This document shows positions 49,982-63,332 of a DNA stretch of 64,000 bases, piece after piece. A model generated the notes under the pieces. That model was not told where the DNA came from. It searched no databases and saw only the letters and a program-made list of their open reading frames with translations. Positions within the stretch are counted from its first letter, which is position 1, and each line of letters opens with the position of its first letter. Source of the stretch: Lama guanicoe (taxonomy: Eukaryota); contig MU053352.1 of NCBI GenBank assembly GCA_013239625.1, forward strand, positions 753,079 through 817,078. Direction: 5' to 3'. The translations under genes were made by a program, and so were the position numbers.

Positions 49982-52064
49982 CTTAACTCTCCCTTCTTCA
50001 CTATACAGCTCTGTATTTTTAATTCAGCCAAGGGTTTTTGTCTAATGGGAAGACCCAAACTTTTATTCCTGAGGTATATGGGGGTTGGGATTTTCCAAGT
50101 CTGGTCAATCTTTGTAGATACCAGTACTCCTTAAGTCAGTACTGGTTTTCTGACTAATGCCTTAACTTTCACAAAAGGTCTTAGTAATGCTGCAAATCCA
50201 ATCAGCATCTAATTTTTGCAATTTGTGGAACCAATCTCTAAGTTCTAGTTTAGAATTAAACACCCCTTATTCAATGGTTTTAGCCTTTCTTACTCACTTC
50301 AAATTGTTCTGTTGTCAACAGCTACCTGGTTATCCAAATTTTGCCCTCAATAGGTATATAATTCCCAACAAGTCTTTCCTTGCTGTTTTGCCATTGTACA
50401 TTATTCATTGCCCTCCTACCCCAACCTCCCCCCCACAGAGCAAGTGTTATTGCTAACTTTAATTCAATCTCAGTACAATTTCAGAATCTCCATGTCCCTG
50501 AGGGTTTGAAGCTTACTATTTAACGCTGTTATCAATTTCTATGATCATTCAGACATTTGGCTGCAAGCAATGAAAACCCACTTTGGTTGACAGATAAAAA
50601 GGGAACACAAGGAAGATACATGGTAGTCTGAAAAACAAAGGAAAATCTGGATGACAGGGTCTTGACAACAGAAACTAGGGCACCTTTGGGGATGTCTTTG
50701 CATGAACTCTTATATGGTCTTCTTGGGACACTACTATCAGGACTCAGCTTCTGTAAGTTTGTGTCACTGCTCTCAAGACTCAAAGTCCTGGTAGAAGGGA
50801 ATTTAGATTGTTCAAGCTTGGATCACACAATCAAACCTCAGCCAAGAGGCATGAGGCAACAATACTGTCACTTACAGTATTTCCACAAAATGGGAAGAAG
50901 TAGCTTTCCAAAAAAAAAAAAAAAAAGTAAGAAGCTATCACTAAAAAAAAGAGAAATGATTTGGGAGGAGACAAAAATCAATGGATGTCCATTCTACCAA
51001 TATTTAAATAATGAGGAGAAGAAAAGAACTTACAATGGAGCAACCAATAGCCAGGAAGGCAGGAAGAAGCAGCACTTAAGGGAGGAGTGTGTCAAGATGC
51101 TGTTGGGAGTTGTTTGTGCTGCTGAAAGTTCAGGGAAGATGTTTATGTCATGAACTTAGCAATAAGAAGGCCATTATTGACCTCAATTGCAGTGAGATCA
51201 GAATACTCAAAGGACTCTGAAGAAAACGTGATCTTTTCCTTCTTGCCTAGTGTGAGCACTGCAGTAGAAGTATTACACAGATTAACAGTTGAGAACTGGA
51301 ATAATCTTTGATGAACACTGAAACTAGGAAGTTCTGATAAGCCAAACACACTCAGACATTTAAAGAACTACACTTGAAAAACTAAGGAACAACTACTAAG
51401 CTCTGAAAAAGGTGCAAGTCTATCAGTTTGAGTAATGGATGATGCATACGTCTATCTAAATATTCACTAATATAAGGTAGGTCTTTTTAATTATTTGACA
51501 AAACTGGCTTAGTGTTAACTTGCCAAGGTCAAACAGTAAGCACTAAATTTAATTTAAAAATTCTTTATTTTTAAATAAAGTTTAAAAGTGAGTAGTGTAA
51601 ATATTCAAATACAGAAATGTATAAAGTTGAAAGTCTCATGTAACCTACACTGTTCAAAGAAAGCCATTAATAGACTTTTCTATGCATTATGAACATAAAC
51701 ACACAAAATTTTTAAATGATTTCATACTACATATGTTTCTATCAAGTTTGTTTCACTTAATATATCATGGCCATTTTTCCATGCCCATACACAATAAATG
51801 TACTTTATTCATTTTAACAGACATGTAGATTTTCTTATATGGCTGAACCATGTGTTTGGTTATTGTAACCAGTTCTTTACTGATAAACATTTAGGTTTTC
51901 TTCTATATTTTCCTACCGAATAATTTTTATGTTTCTGTAGTAACTGAAACATTGTCAGTTCCTACTTCATTTTGTCTTCTGGACTGGAAAATACTTTCAG
52001 TGTGGCCTTGACCTCTAGTTTAATAATTGGAATCTCTATTTGAATCTGTCAAATTTCAAAACTG

Positions 52065-52600
52065 GTATATTAGGACTCAATTTCAAGTAATAGAAACCCA
52101 ACTCAAAGTAACTTAAGCAAAAAAGGGTATTTATTGGTTCACATAACTGAAAAGTCCAGGGGATGTACTAGCTTCAGGCACGGTTGGATCCAGGGGTATT
52201 GTCATCAGGACTCAAGTCTCTCCATCATTTGGCTCCACTTTCATCTGCACTGGCTTCATTCTCTGACTGGCTCATTTGATATGGTGGGCCCTGTTGGTTT
52301 GAGCTTTTCATCCTAGAGAGCTAAGCAACCTCAGTAAAGAGCTTCTCCTCCACAGTTCATGAAAACTCTTAAGGTTGAGTATCATTGGACCAACTTGGAT
52401 CACATGATCACTCCTGAACCAATCACTATGGTCAAGGAGATGGACTGTGCTGATTGATCACGTCTGAATTACATATCCACCCATGAAACCTGAGCTGTTG
52501 TGTGACACTGAACCATGTGGACTGGAACTATGGAGAGGTGGTTACAAGAAACATCAGGGAGTTGTTATAAGGAGATGGAATGGATGCTGGTCAATCAAAA
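52065..52600 (-). mobile_element. old MLT1 (MaLR) LTR
   Basis: CAAGTAATAGAAACCCAACTCAAA...TTTATTGGTTCACATAACTGAAAAGTCCAGGGG...GCTTCAGGCACGGTTGGATCCAGG...CCTGAACCAATCAC. Confidence 0.65.
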
Positions 52601-55600
52601 ACTGACGTCAATGAAAAGACCAGATATTGAAAAAGTTTAATTTCTGCTCATAAAGTTGAATGCTAACAGCTGGCATTGTTACTTCCTTGACAATAAAAGC
52701 ATTCTGGAAAAAAATCATGAGAAGTCAGTCTGTCTTCTACTCAGGAGGTTTGTAATCCATTTGAATGGAATAATCATGTCCAATAACATACTTTGAGTGA
52801 TACAATAGAGTTTCAATATAAGTTAACTCAGTGGTCTTGAGTCTGAGAGCCCAACTGTCTTGCTGACATGAAGCAGGACAACTAGCCTCCCACTGGCAAA
52901 CAGTTCTGTGATGCTGTTCAAATCAGTGGTAAATTTTAAGTTCAGTGTTAAAGTTTTTATGTGTTCCTTTAAGTCTTTTGCAAGTTGAACTGGAACATTT
53001 CTGTGAGTACTGGTGAATCAGATTCATCTCTGTATTACTGTAAAAGAGAGAAATGGACAGTGCTTTCAATCTGCTGTACTCCTTCGGATCTGGTAGAAAG
53101 GTCCCAAATGCTGAAAATGATCAAATATATAGAGGCACAGAGGCTCATTCTGCATTTTTTTTCTTTTTAAAGAAGGTTGCTGGTTAAGGAGTACACAGCG
53201 TGGTCCTTTCTCTTGTGAACATTAAGTCCTGGTGGGGTGAGGTGCAGGTTGCTTCTGTTGAAAACTCTTTGATGGAACTGGACATAAAGTAGGCCAAGAT
53301 CAGCTGTAGTCTTCTCAAGGACAGCCAGTCTGTCTGCAGCAACATGTCAACAAAGGCAGGTAAGGGCTGAGTCAGATAGTCAAGTAAGGTACCTTCAGCA
53401 GGGCCAGCCATATCAATAGCCAGGCTATGATCTGGGAGAACAAGCAGTTTAATATCGAAGCTCTGTAAGTTAGTTTTTACCCTGAATATTCCAGGGTTAT
53501 TCCATAGGGTTTAATCTGCATACAATTTTCTGATCTTAAATGGCCAGTCAGGTACAACTTTCATTTTCCTGCTCATCTGCACAAGAACTTTCAGCTCAGG
53601 AGAAGGCTATATCCTCAATCCAGACTTGAGGTTCTATTTAAAGGCTATGCTACATCTGGGAGTGATTGGGTTGGGAGAGCCAGGTTCATCAAGGTTGGCC
53701 CTACTTTCTTTGGTAATCAAGTCTCCATCTTCTGTAACTCAGCCCATCTCTGAGAATCATTTTATAAACAAGTCAAGGTCTCAGACTGGTTGACTGGTAC
53801 TGCTGAGATTCAGATGAGATCTGAGGCATGGAGAGAGAAGGTAAGATCCTAGGTTTGAATCATCAATTCTTATACACAGTGTATATTAGACTCATGAACA
53901 GATGATCATCTTCACCTTAAGCCCCTCATTTTGACAGGATTAAAGGGAATAACTGGCAGTGTAGATCAATGTCTTTTTCTGTAAAGTACAGGAGAAAAAA
54001 AAATCGAGCTGACATTTTGAAGGTAGTAGAAATACTGAATTTGTAGATAATTTCTTTACAAATAATAGTTGTATTCAAGCAGACTAGTCACCAGATTTTA
54101 TTTTTATTTGTTGAGGGTAAGCAGTCTAGAGTAATGAGACTTAGGGCTTGTTTGATTATTTGTAGACTGAGTCACATAATCACAATTAGTCCAGAGGATA
54201 AAAGACAAAGATATAAAGAAATCATTCCCAACATTTAACCAGTGCATTCTTTAAAGTAGTTGAGGACAGCTGGCCCTTAAGTCGACTGTGAAGTAAAGGA
54301 ATGCGATTTGTCTCATGACACAAATTGAAGGCTACTTGTTTTACATGATCTGGTCTGGGAGTTCATTACTTGAATCCCTCCTGCAGAAACAGAAAAGTTA
54401 TCTTAATGCCTGAGAGTATCTCATGACAAGGAATGAAGTCAGCCAATGTAAAACAGTACGGAGACAGATGAAATTCCATGAAAACATCCACAAGGACAAG
54501 GGACTGTGGTCTTGTGACATTAGGAAGCAGCAGCTCTTGAGTCTACTGATCTTTAGCTGCAGGCTTTGTAGATTTTCTTTCAAGTCAGTCTACATTTCCA
54601 GCAAAAAGGTAGATGATATGCAATTTGAGATGCCCACCAAGTAAGCTATCATGACCTGGTCAAAAGGCCTACCTCCAAATATCCCTATCACCTATAGTGG
54701 ATGATACTAGACATCAAAAGACCCATCTTAAAATCTCCCATTGGCTAGCAGGAAATTTCCAAATGGTCAAATTTTAAATCATATACATGAGAAAGGATGT
54801 TCAGAGACTGTCTCTTGTGGATCAGGTGTTAACATGTAGTCAGAGCTGAGCATTCATAATTTTGGAGCAGAATAGGCAGTTATGCCAGTGATGGAGGAAC
54901 CGTTTTAGTGATTTTTCTTAAAGGTTATTAGCTCATTTATCCTGGGAACAGCAGTTAAACTGAATAAAAACCAAGGAGCAGTGTAACTGCCACAGGTTGA
55001 TAGTGATTTATGGTTTGAGAAGATGAATAATTACCAGGTACCCTTCTAGGTAATGCTGCCAGTATTTGAATTCTGCTTTCATAGTTAATGGTTATCCCTT
55101 GCACATGAAGTAGAGTACCATGGCTGATGATGGGAGATCCAATGTACAGCTGGCCTAATATGGCCTCAATGAGGCATCAACTTCAACACTAGCTTCAATA
55201 CCTGGCGATTCATGTATCCAAGGAGGATCAAGACTTCAAAGTCATGTATTTCAAGTACCACTAGAGAATCTGGTGTTGGTGGAAGATGGGTAAGGGGGTT
55301 TGTCAGTGTAGAATATGTATTAATTGCTCTTTGGCTATATCCAATTCCAGGAACCACTGCAAGTCCATCTAGGGCTAAAGGGCTGTTAATCGTAGGTCCA
55401 CTTGACTGATACCACTTTCAGCCCATATGACTACTCTGGGGTGCAAAGATATGCCCATCTTCTTGCATTTTTCTGCGTTTGCCCACGTTAAGTATTTCTA
55501 AGAATGCTCAGCATCAACTGAACATGGATGTTGTTGGGCAGAGGTACAAAACAGAATGTCATTCAGGTTGAACATATTGTTGTCTAGGGCAGTGGTTTCA

Positions 55601-58253
55601 AACTGGGTTCTGACGAATTCTAGGTGTTGTAAGAAAGTCTCCTTAGGTGTCACCATGGCGGTAAAGTAAGATGCTTGTAGCAGGTTTCAGGCCCCCCACT
55701 TCTGCTTCCTCCAGAGCAGCTTCACTTTTTTCTGGGCTTCCATATAGTTTTCATTCAAAGGGCTTCATGGCCACAAAGCCTTTGGAAAACCATTGATCTA
55801 AGAATAAGTTGTTCACAAAATGCTGAAATACAAAAAATAGGTCACAGAAACCAGAAACTGTGTGAGCAAAGCCTGTGGTAAGCCAAGGTGTTTTCCTACT
55901 TATTCCTTCCCTAACGTGGGCCACATTACAGAATGATGAAGTTAATGTTCAAGTCTGCTACAATTTCAGATTGCCTGAAATAGGGCTTATAAGTGACAGA
56001 GAACAAGGCTATTGGTTTTAAGTGACAATAGCGCTGGGGTTTTTGCAGTCAGCATACAGCTGCAAAATTCATTCATTTCTTCGTAAATATTATACCAAGA
56101 AGTCCCTGGCTGGTTGACTTCTCTTCAAGCATCATTAAGATCTCAATGGGCCACAATTCAAATCCTAAGAAAGTATCTCCTTCTCACCCCTCCTCCCCTT
56201 TCTCCATCCTTCTCCTCCCTTCCCTGTCTCCTCACCCACCTGAGATGTGATGCCCTTGAACTAGGTTAACAGCACAGTTCTAGGGACACAGAAGTATATT
56301 GCTAAATGTCATGGAATTCATCTAATTCTGTGGCAGAATTAACCTCCCATTCCCCTTCCATGTATCCCCACAAATCTTCTAGATATTCCTCTGACAGAAA
56401 ATAAAGGTAACTTGTTAAGATATGGTCCTCTCATATGAAGAAGTCATATTAATTCAAGCAGTTATTGACAAAGTAAGAAAAAGGGGGGTTTCAAAGACTC
56501 CCCCATTCCATTGAAAGGAATGGTGCAAAAATAACATTCTGTGCTTGATTAAACGTGGGACGCATTGGGCTAAATGGCTAAATAAGACTCTTCAAGCCTT
56601 CTGAGATGCTTTAATATACTACACTGCATTATAAATCAGGAGAGGGAACACATTTTACAGTACTTCACCACCTTAACGAACTACAGAAACTCTACATATG
56701 ATATATATTATATGTGTATATCAAATATATACATACACACACATATATATGAAACAGTACTGTTCTAAAAAAATTAATGGCTCATTTATATAAAATTAGC
56801 TGGGGGATAGATGACCATAGATGAGATCCTGGTGCTCAGGAATATTAACTTAAAAAAGAGACAGGATATGAACAGGGAACCCCAATCAATTAGATCATTT
56901 TTGGAAAGACCACAAAGTTGGACAAAAGATCTAAAAACAGCTGTGTGTTTCATGCTGGGTAATCCTGTTGTTACATGAACATTTGCTGTGTTGACTGGAC
57001 AATCTATCACCACAGAGACAGTCTACTCCTAAGCCTCAGAGATGCTGCCATGGAATTCTGGTCTAGGTACAGATATCATAAGATTACATATATGACATCC
57101 TGACTAGGGGCAACAGATCAGGGAGCTGGAAACTTTTCTGGGGTTCCCAATCCCCAGTTATTTTAACACTGTGGGTAAAACAGAGGCTAAATTAATTCCA
57201 AGGAGAGAACTGGACTGGGAGTCAGAAGGGCCTGGCCTCTACCACTTTGTAGCTGTGTCACCTTGGATTATCTTTTAAATTTCCATTTCCTTATTTGCAA
57301 AAAGGGATTATAATGTGTGTCATTTGATAACTGAGATTTAATACATGTAAAAGTGCTTTGAAACTGTAAAGTGCTATATGAACATAAGGGATTACCATAT
57401 AGGTTCTACCTGGATGTATCAAGAGGCCTTTTCTGGAATCTGACTGGAGCTTTGTGAGATGCTGTTAGGTAAAGGGACTCCTTGGTAGATTTTCTTACAT
57501 TTGTGTGAAAAGTTCTGGTTCCTGAGTAATCCCAAAGAAGATGCTATGAGTTCACTGTGCCTTTGCTTAATCCCAGTGGGTCAGAGTATCTGCTTGCTCA
57601 TTCAGTAGGCTACTACAGATTTGAAATGGAAAAAGAATAAGGTCCAGTGACTTAGATGGGATCCTAGACACTTCGTGAACTTCAGTCTTTTGAGACTGTG
57701 GGGCATGGTCCAATGTGGTACTCAGAAAGATGTTGCCATTCTTCAGACAGTGTTGATAAAAATCCCCTGGTCCAAATTTATTACGTGTCTCTGAAGGCTT
57801 TAACTGAAGAAATGAAATGCATACTCATGGAACAAACTGGGCCTTTGTTGTGATAGAATAGCTTCAGCTATTTGGCTTGAGGAGTTTGACTTCACTAAAA
57901 AGGGCAATGCTGAATCTGGGTAGAACAAGACAGGAGTGGAGGTGAAGGCCACATCATGATGATTCGCTGGATGCCTCTTGGGTCACAGTGGTCCACTGGA
58001 ATGGTGTCTTCTTCAGTAGTAAGGTGGTATGAATCACCATGGGGAAAAATCCAGGTACCAGATCTGTAGGCTGATGGAACAGCACAAGGAACGCGGTCAG
58101 AAGGTCCAGGTGAACACTCGACAACCAGGAGGCACAGGACTGAGGAGAGAGGGACAAAACAGATAAGGTAACAAATGCATGGAATCACAAACACAGGACT
58201 CTTACACTGGGGTGGGGCTGCTGTCAGCACATCAGCTGCCTGATGGGTACTAA

Positions 58254-58343
58254 TTTTTTTTTTTTTAATGGAGGTGCTGGGGATTGAACCCAGGACCTCA
58301 TGCATGCTAAGCATGTACTCTACCACCGAGCTATACCCTCCCC
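58254..58343 (-). mobile_element. tRNA-Ala-derived SINE inside TUG1
   Basis: Reverse complement reads GGGGAGGGTATAGCTCGGTGGTAGAGTACATGCTTAGCATGCATGAGGTCCTGGGTTCAATCCCCAGCACCTCCA, followed by poly(A). TSD ATGGGTACTAA at 58243-58253 and 58347-58357. Confidence 0.9.
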
Positions 58344-61094
58344 TCAATGGGTACTAACTCTTGACAAGCCTGGCTTAGAAGTTGATAGATGATAAATGGG
58401 GGGAAAAAAGTTTTGTGATTAATGATCAGTGATAATAAGAATAGAAAGAGTTCTCTGGCAAAGATTGTTTACTGACTCTTGAGGACAAACTCTCTTAGGG
58501 AAGCAGCAAACAGAAACTGCCCCAATTCTCATACTTTGGGGCAGTAATTTGATTGTATTCGGTTGCTGGGTAGTGGTTGGTGGGGGAGAAAGAAGTGGTT
58601 TCACAGGTGGTATACCAACTGAATTTAAGTTTATGTATCAGCACCAAAGCAAAGGAGATATTGTTCTTCCTTTTCCAGTGACTTCCACAAATTGTCTTAA
58701 GACCTTGTACTTTAAAGAGCTGTCCTCAACTTTCATTTTAACAAGATTCCATCTTGAATGGGAGAGAATAAAGTATGTAGGGAAAAGAGAGTAAGGCCCT
58801 AGTCTTTGTATTGCCCTCTCTGTAACACCCTATGCAACACAGCAGTTTCTCTTTATGTTTGAGGGCTCCCTAAATCTTTTTAAAGTTAGAATTAAATAAT
58901 AAAAACATTAAAGAAAGAAAGAAATGTGGCCCATCACTAGTGACTTTCTTCCTAATCAAGAGTAAGTAGGTTATCACACAGCAATTAAACATTTATTGAG
59001 TGCTCACATTCTGAGATAGCCTGTTCTCTAAATTCCTTCTTTCCACTAAATGCTTCATCATATGCGGTGATATGTCCAGGCAAAGATTTGCAAGAAAAAG
59101 CCCTTGCTTTCAAGGGGCTTGCTATCTGGAGAGCTAATGCATACAAAAACTACAAGCAACTGTATGGACAGATAAAAGATATACAACAACATGTTATAAA
59201 ACTTAAAAAAGATAATTTTTGGCTAAAGTGAAGAGACTCATGGAGGAGAGACCATGTGAGTTGGATACTGAGGAAATGGCAGAGTTCTGACAGGTGAAGA
59301 AGCAGAAGAGGGCATTCCAGGGTAGAGAAGAGAATGTGAACAAATGTATAGAGATGGTAAAGAATAAGGCATTTTGGGAAATGGTAAGTACCGTAGTTCA
59401 CTTTGGACGGAGTGATGCCAGAGTTTGCACCGAGGGTCTGGCGAAAACTCGGGTCTCCGAATTCCCAGTAACAGTGCTGGTGGCAGTGCTTGCTCAGCCA
59501 TTGTCTTTTTTCCTCAAAGCAAGGACAACAGTCCCGAAATTCAAAAATAAAAAATCCAGCTCGCAAGTTCCTGTCACATCCTGATCTCTTCTCGGTCCCA
59601 GATCCAGTTCTTGAAAATCTGGAAATCTGGAGTCCACGCTATGACTGCACTGAAAGACATCTGTTCCAGCTAGTGCAGAGCACTGTAGTTAAACCCTTTC
59701 AAACTCCTATCTTGGACATTTCATGTTTTCTCACAAAATTTCAAGCTTTGAGTTCCAGTTGTTTCTTTTCCTCCTGTCTCCTGAGGAAAGCATCTTATCA
59801 CCACAGTCATAAGAATCTTCTGAGGTACATCCAGATTTAATTACAAAAGAGCTAAAAGACCAACACATTTTTCTCCAAAACAGTAATTTCTCTGGGATTG
59901 AGATTATTTGTCTCTGCCCTCTAGGTAAAGGGAATAGTCCATTGACTTTTCCAGACATTTGTATGAAACAGCAGAACCGGCTAACACCTAACAGACAAAA
60001 TATACTTAAATGTGTTTGCGTTTGCTTGCTTAGAGCTGTACCACTGGTAAGCACCACTCCACAAAGTGAAAATGTTTGAAATCCAACTGTTCAAACATTT
60101 CTATAGTGTTTGCTGGATAATGGCCTGGAATTTGATAAAAGCAGTTGACAATTAACAAAGAAGCAAAAACTGGCATTTTGGCCACCTTAGTAACACACTT
60201 GCAAGCAAACCGAATACAAAGCAGGCCAGCAAAAAGTTAAAGTTTGAAACACTTCCAATCTACTGACCCGGAGGTTCAGCAGAAGTTCTAACAAAACTTT
60301 TCAAAGAATGTTAGCCTTCAATTAATAAAGACAAACCCCCAAACATCTTCAGGAATTCCATGCCTGGTTCAGTCTGTTCCAGTAAGCCAGCTTGCTAAAA
60401 ATCCACCTGCACCATTAATTAGCTGGACTTGGCAGCACCATTTAAACAAAAGCCTGCTTACTATCAACCACACGACTAGGAATATAAAATAGGAGCAAGT
60501 AACGGATGGCAACCATGGTCATGGAAAATGGTCAAAGAAAGAGTCAGAAAGGTAATCAGGCACCAGAAAAAAAAAAGTTGTTGGGACAAAAATTAAAGAG
60601 GCTTCTTGATGCTAGAGAACACAACCACTCCTAGTTTTAGCTGCTTTATATGGGGTGCCACTGTACCATGCGCATCAGCCACCCTTCAGGCAACCCACGG
60701 TGAAAGGACTCAGAATAGAAGCCAAGCAGTGGAGTGTTGTTACCCCGAATATCCACTATGCATATAACAGCTCACATATCCCAGGGATTCAAACAGGGGC
60801 TTCAAATTGGTTCTGAAAGGGCCCAAATAACATCTAGGCCTCAGTTTCCTCCTTGTGGCAAAGGAATTGTGGTTCTTAAAAACTCTTCCGGGTCAGTCCC
60901 CTCTGAAAACTTGTTGGCGATGGATCCTCATTCCCTTAAAATGCACATTCCCACTAGTTTCTGCATACAATTTCAGAGAATTTGGGGATCCCCAACTCCA
61001 ATCCAAGGTTCCCAGGTTCAAAATCCAAGGACTGGACAACTAAGTTTCCTTACAACTCAAAAAAACAAACAAAAAGACACCCAACCGTTACGAA

Positions 61095-61272
61095 CAATAA
61101 TCACCCCTTGCATATACGGACTTTTTACCATTTACAAAGCGCTTTCAATCCCACAAACATTGATAGGCAGAGGAGGAAACTGAGGCGCAGACAAATTACA
61201 GGGTGACTTGCCTAAGGTCACTCATCCAGCTGGTGGCTAGGCCCGGAAGCAAACCCAGCTCTTCCGACTCCG
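61095..61272 (-). mobile_element. MIR SINE
   Basis: CAGAGGAGGAAACTGAGGCGCAGA...GTGACTTGCCTAAGGTCAC...AAACCCAG...CCGACTCC. Confidence 0.7.
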
Positions 61273-61320
61273 GAGCTCGTCTCCCCACCCCGGAGCAGGC
61301 GCCAGAGCTCCCGCCCCCCA

Positions 61321-61785
<465 letters not shown>

Positions 61786-61809
61786 TTAGGGGCCTGACTC
61801 CCCGGCGAC

Positions 61810-62130
61810 GAGACAAAATGGCTCCTCCGGTCCGCGCCGCAGCTACCGTCCCGGCTGCGTCGCTCGGCCCGCCCCCGGTACTGTTTCTTTAAATGGCGGA
61901 GAGGGTCAAGAAAGCAGGAAGAGAGGCGCGCGCTCTCACGTGACAGGGGAGGGTCCGGCTAACAAGATCCGGTCACGTGGAAACACGCTACCCACGAATC
62001 AGGAGGCGTCACATCAGGGCGGGGGCGGGAGGAGTTGTGGCTCTGTGATTGGCCGAAAGCGCCGCGGAGGCCTCGGGGGCTTGGGGCGTCGGGGAGTGCG
62101 CGAGGCGGCCTGGGTTGTGTGCGCTAGCGG
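61810..62130. promoter_or_regulatory. TUG1/MORC2 bidirectional core promoter
   Basis: YY1-like AAAATGGC (~61815) and AAATGGCGG (61891), CACGTG E-boxes at 61937-61942 and 61974-61979, GC boxes at 62017-62029 and ATTGG at 62048-62052. No TATA box. Confidence 0.75.
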
Positions 62131-62259
62131 AGACAAAGCGGTGGCTGAGGTGGCAGTGGCGGCAGCGGCAGCGGCGACGGAGCAAGCCCTAAACGCCTAA
62201 TTTCGTGGTGCTAAGTCCCGTCACCATCTCATCCAGGCGGCGCGTGGGCGGCTGGTCTC

Positions 62260-62310
62260 GCGGCGGCGGCAGCGGCAGCAGCGGCGGCGGCGGAGGCGGC
62301 GGCAGCAGCA
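62260..62310 (+). repeat. interrupted (GGC/GCA)n trinucleotide tract in the MORC2 5' leader
   Basis: GCGGCGGCGGCAGCGGCAGCAGCGGCGGCGGCGGAGGCGGCGGCAGCAGCA. Confidence 0.9.
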
Positions 62311-63239
62311 CATGGTTCCAAGAGCGCGCTGCGGTTGTTGGGTTCCAATTCCGTGGGGAGGGACAAAGGCAGCTGTGAGCGCCGGGAAACGCCCAGTCGG
62401 TTGGTGTGCTCGCCACTGCCCTCGATCCGGGCTTTGAAAGCTGGGACTAACTCTTCTCCGTGAGGTGGAGACCACGGGACCGAGGCCAGGAAAGGGCCTC
62501 AGAGGCTGAGGCCGCTGTCTGAAGGAAGTGGGGGAGGGGCGCGGCCCGCCTGAGATGATTTGGGTGGGTCAGTTCTGAGGCGACGTAGTGGGTCACTGTG
62601 AGGTAATCTGACCCAAATTGGGGCCGACAGCAAGCTAGGTTTGGTCCAGGCTTTGAAAACGAAAGTCGGTCTTCAGCGCTTAGGAAATCTTTAAGTCAGT
62701 GTGGTGGTGAAACCGGAACCAACGCCATATGCACTCCATCAACATCGTGGTCACCAGTCTGGGGCTTATTGAAGGATCCTGGGATCTTTGATGGCGAAGA
62801 CATGGGTGGTTATCCACTTATATGACAGAAGTTGCTAGATTTCCGGATTGGTAAATTTCCTCAAGAAATTTAGAGGAACAAAGAAAGGCTCTAAGAACAT
62901 GAAGATGGAGCAGTAATAAAATCGCCATCTCCAGTATCTTCTACTCCAGCACTAACCACATTCGACTTGCGAACTATCGCAAATTAACGCTAAAGATCCT
63001 GAAGAGTACAGATTTATGACGTAGTTCTTCCCAAGATACTATACCATAGTTGTTGAGAAGATTAAACAAAAATTAAAGGAGAAATCAATTATTGTTTTAG
63101 ACAACCCTTTGAATATATTTTGGATAGATACTAGGTAATCTTGCTTGATTATAGGGAGCACAGATTTACCAAATCTTACAAGAAGGAATCCTGAAAAATT
63201 TATTCCATTGTAAGCTTATATTTCCCAGTTAGTAGGTAA

Positions 63240-63332
<93 letters not shown>

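Noticed and set aside
1..52000. Numerous 60-180 aa ORFs in the six-frame track
   Set aside because: No recognisable protein similarity other than L1 remnants, no consistent exon/splice pattern, many start at non-ATG codons, and many overlap SINE, LINE, LTR or microsatellite sequence.
53184..53411. 75-aa ATG ORF in the TUG1 3' region (MAGPAEGTLL...)
   Set aside because: It lies far downstream of many AUGs, has no recognisable homology, and its length is within chance expectation.
55154..55163. Perfect CArG box CCTAATATGG inside TUG1
   Set aside because: Isolated motif with no supporting cluster, compatible with chance.
57895..58347. 150-aa minus-strand ORF
   Set aside because: It begins within the SINE (YSSVVEYMLSMHEVLGSIPSTS is the SINE translation seen in other copies).
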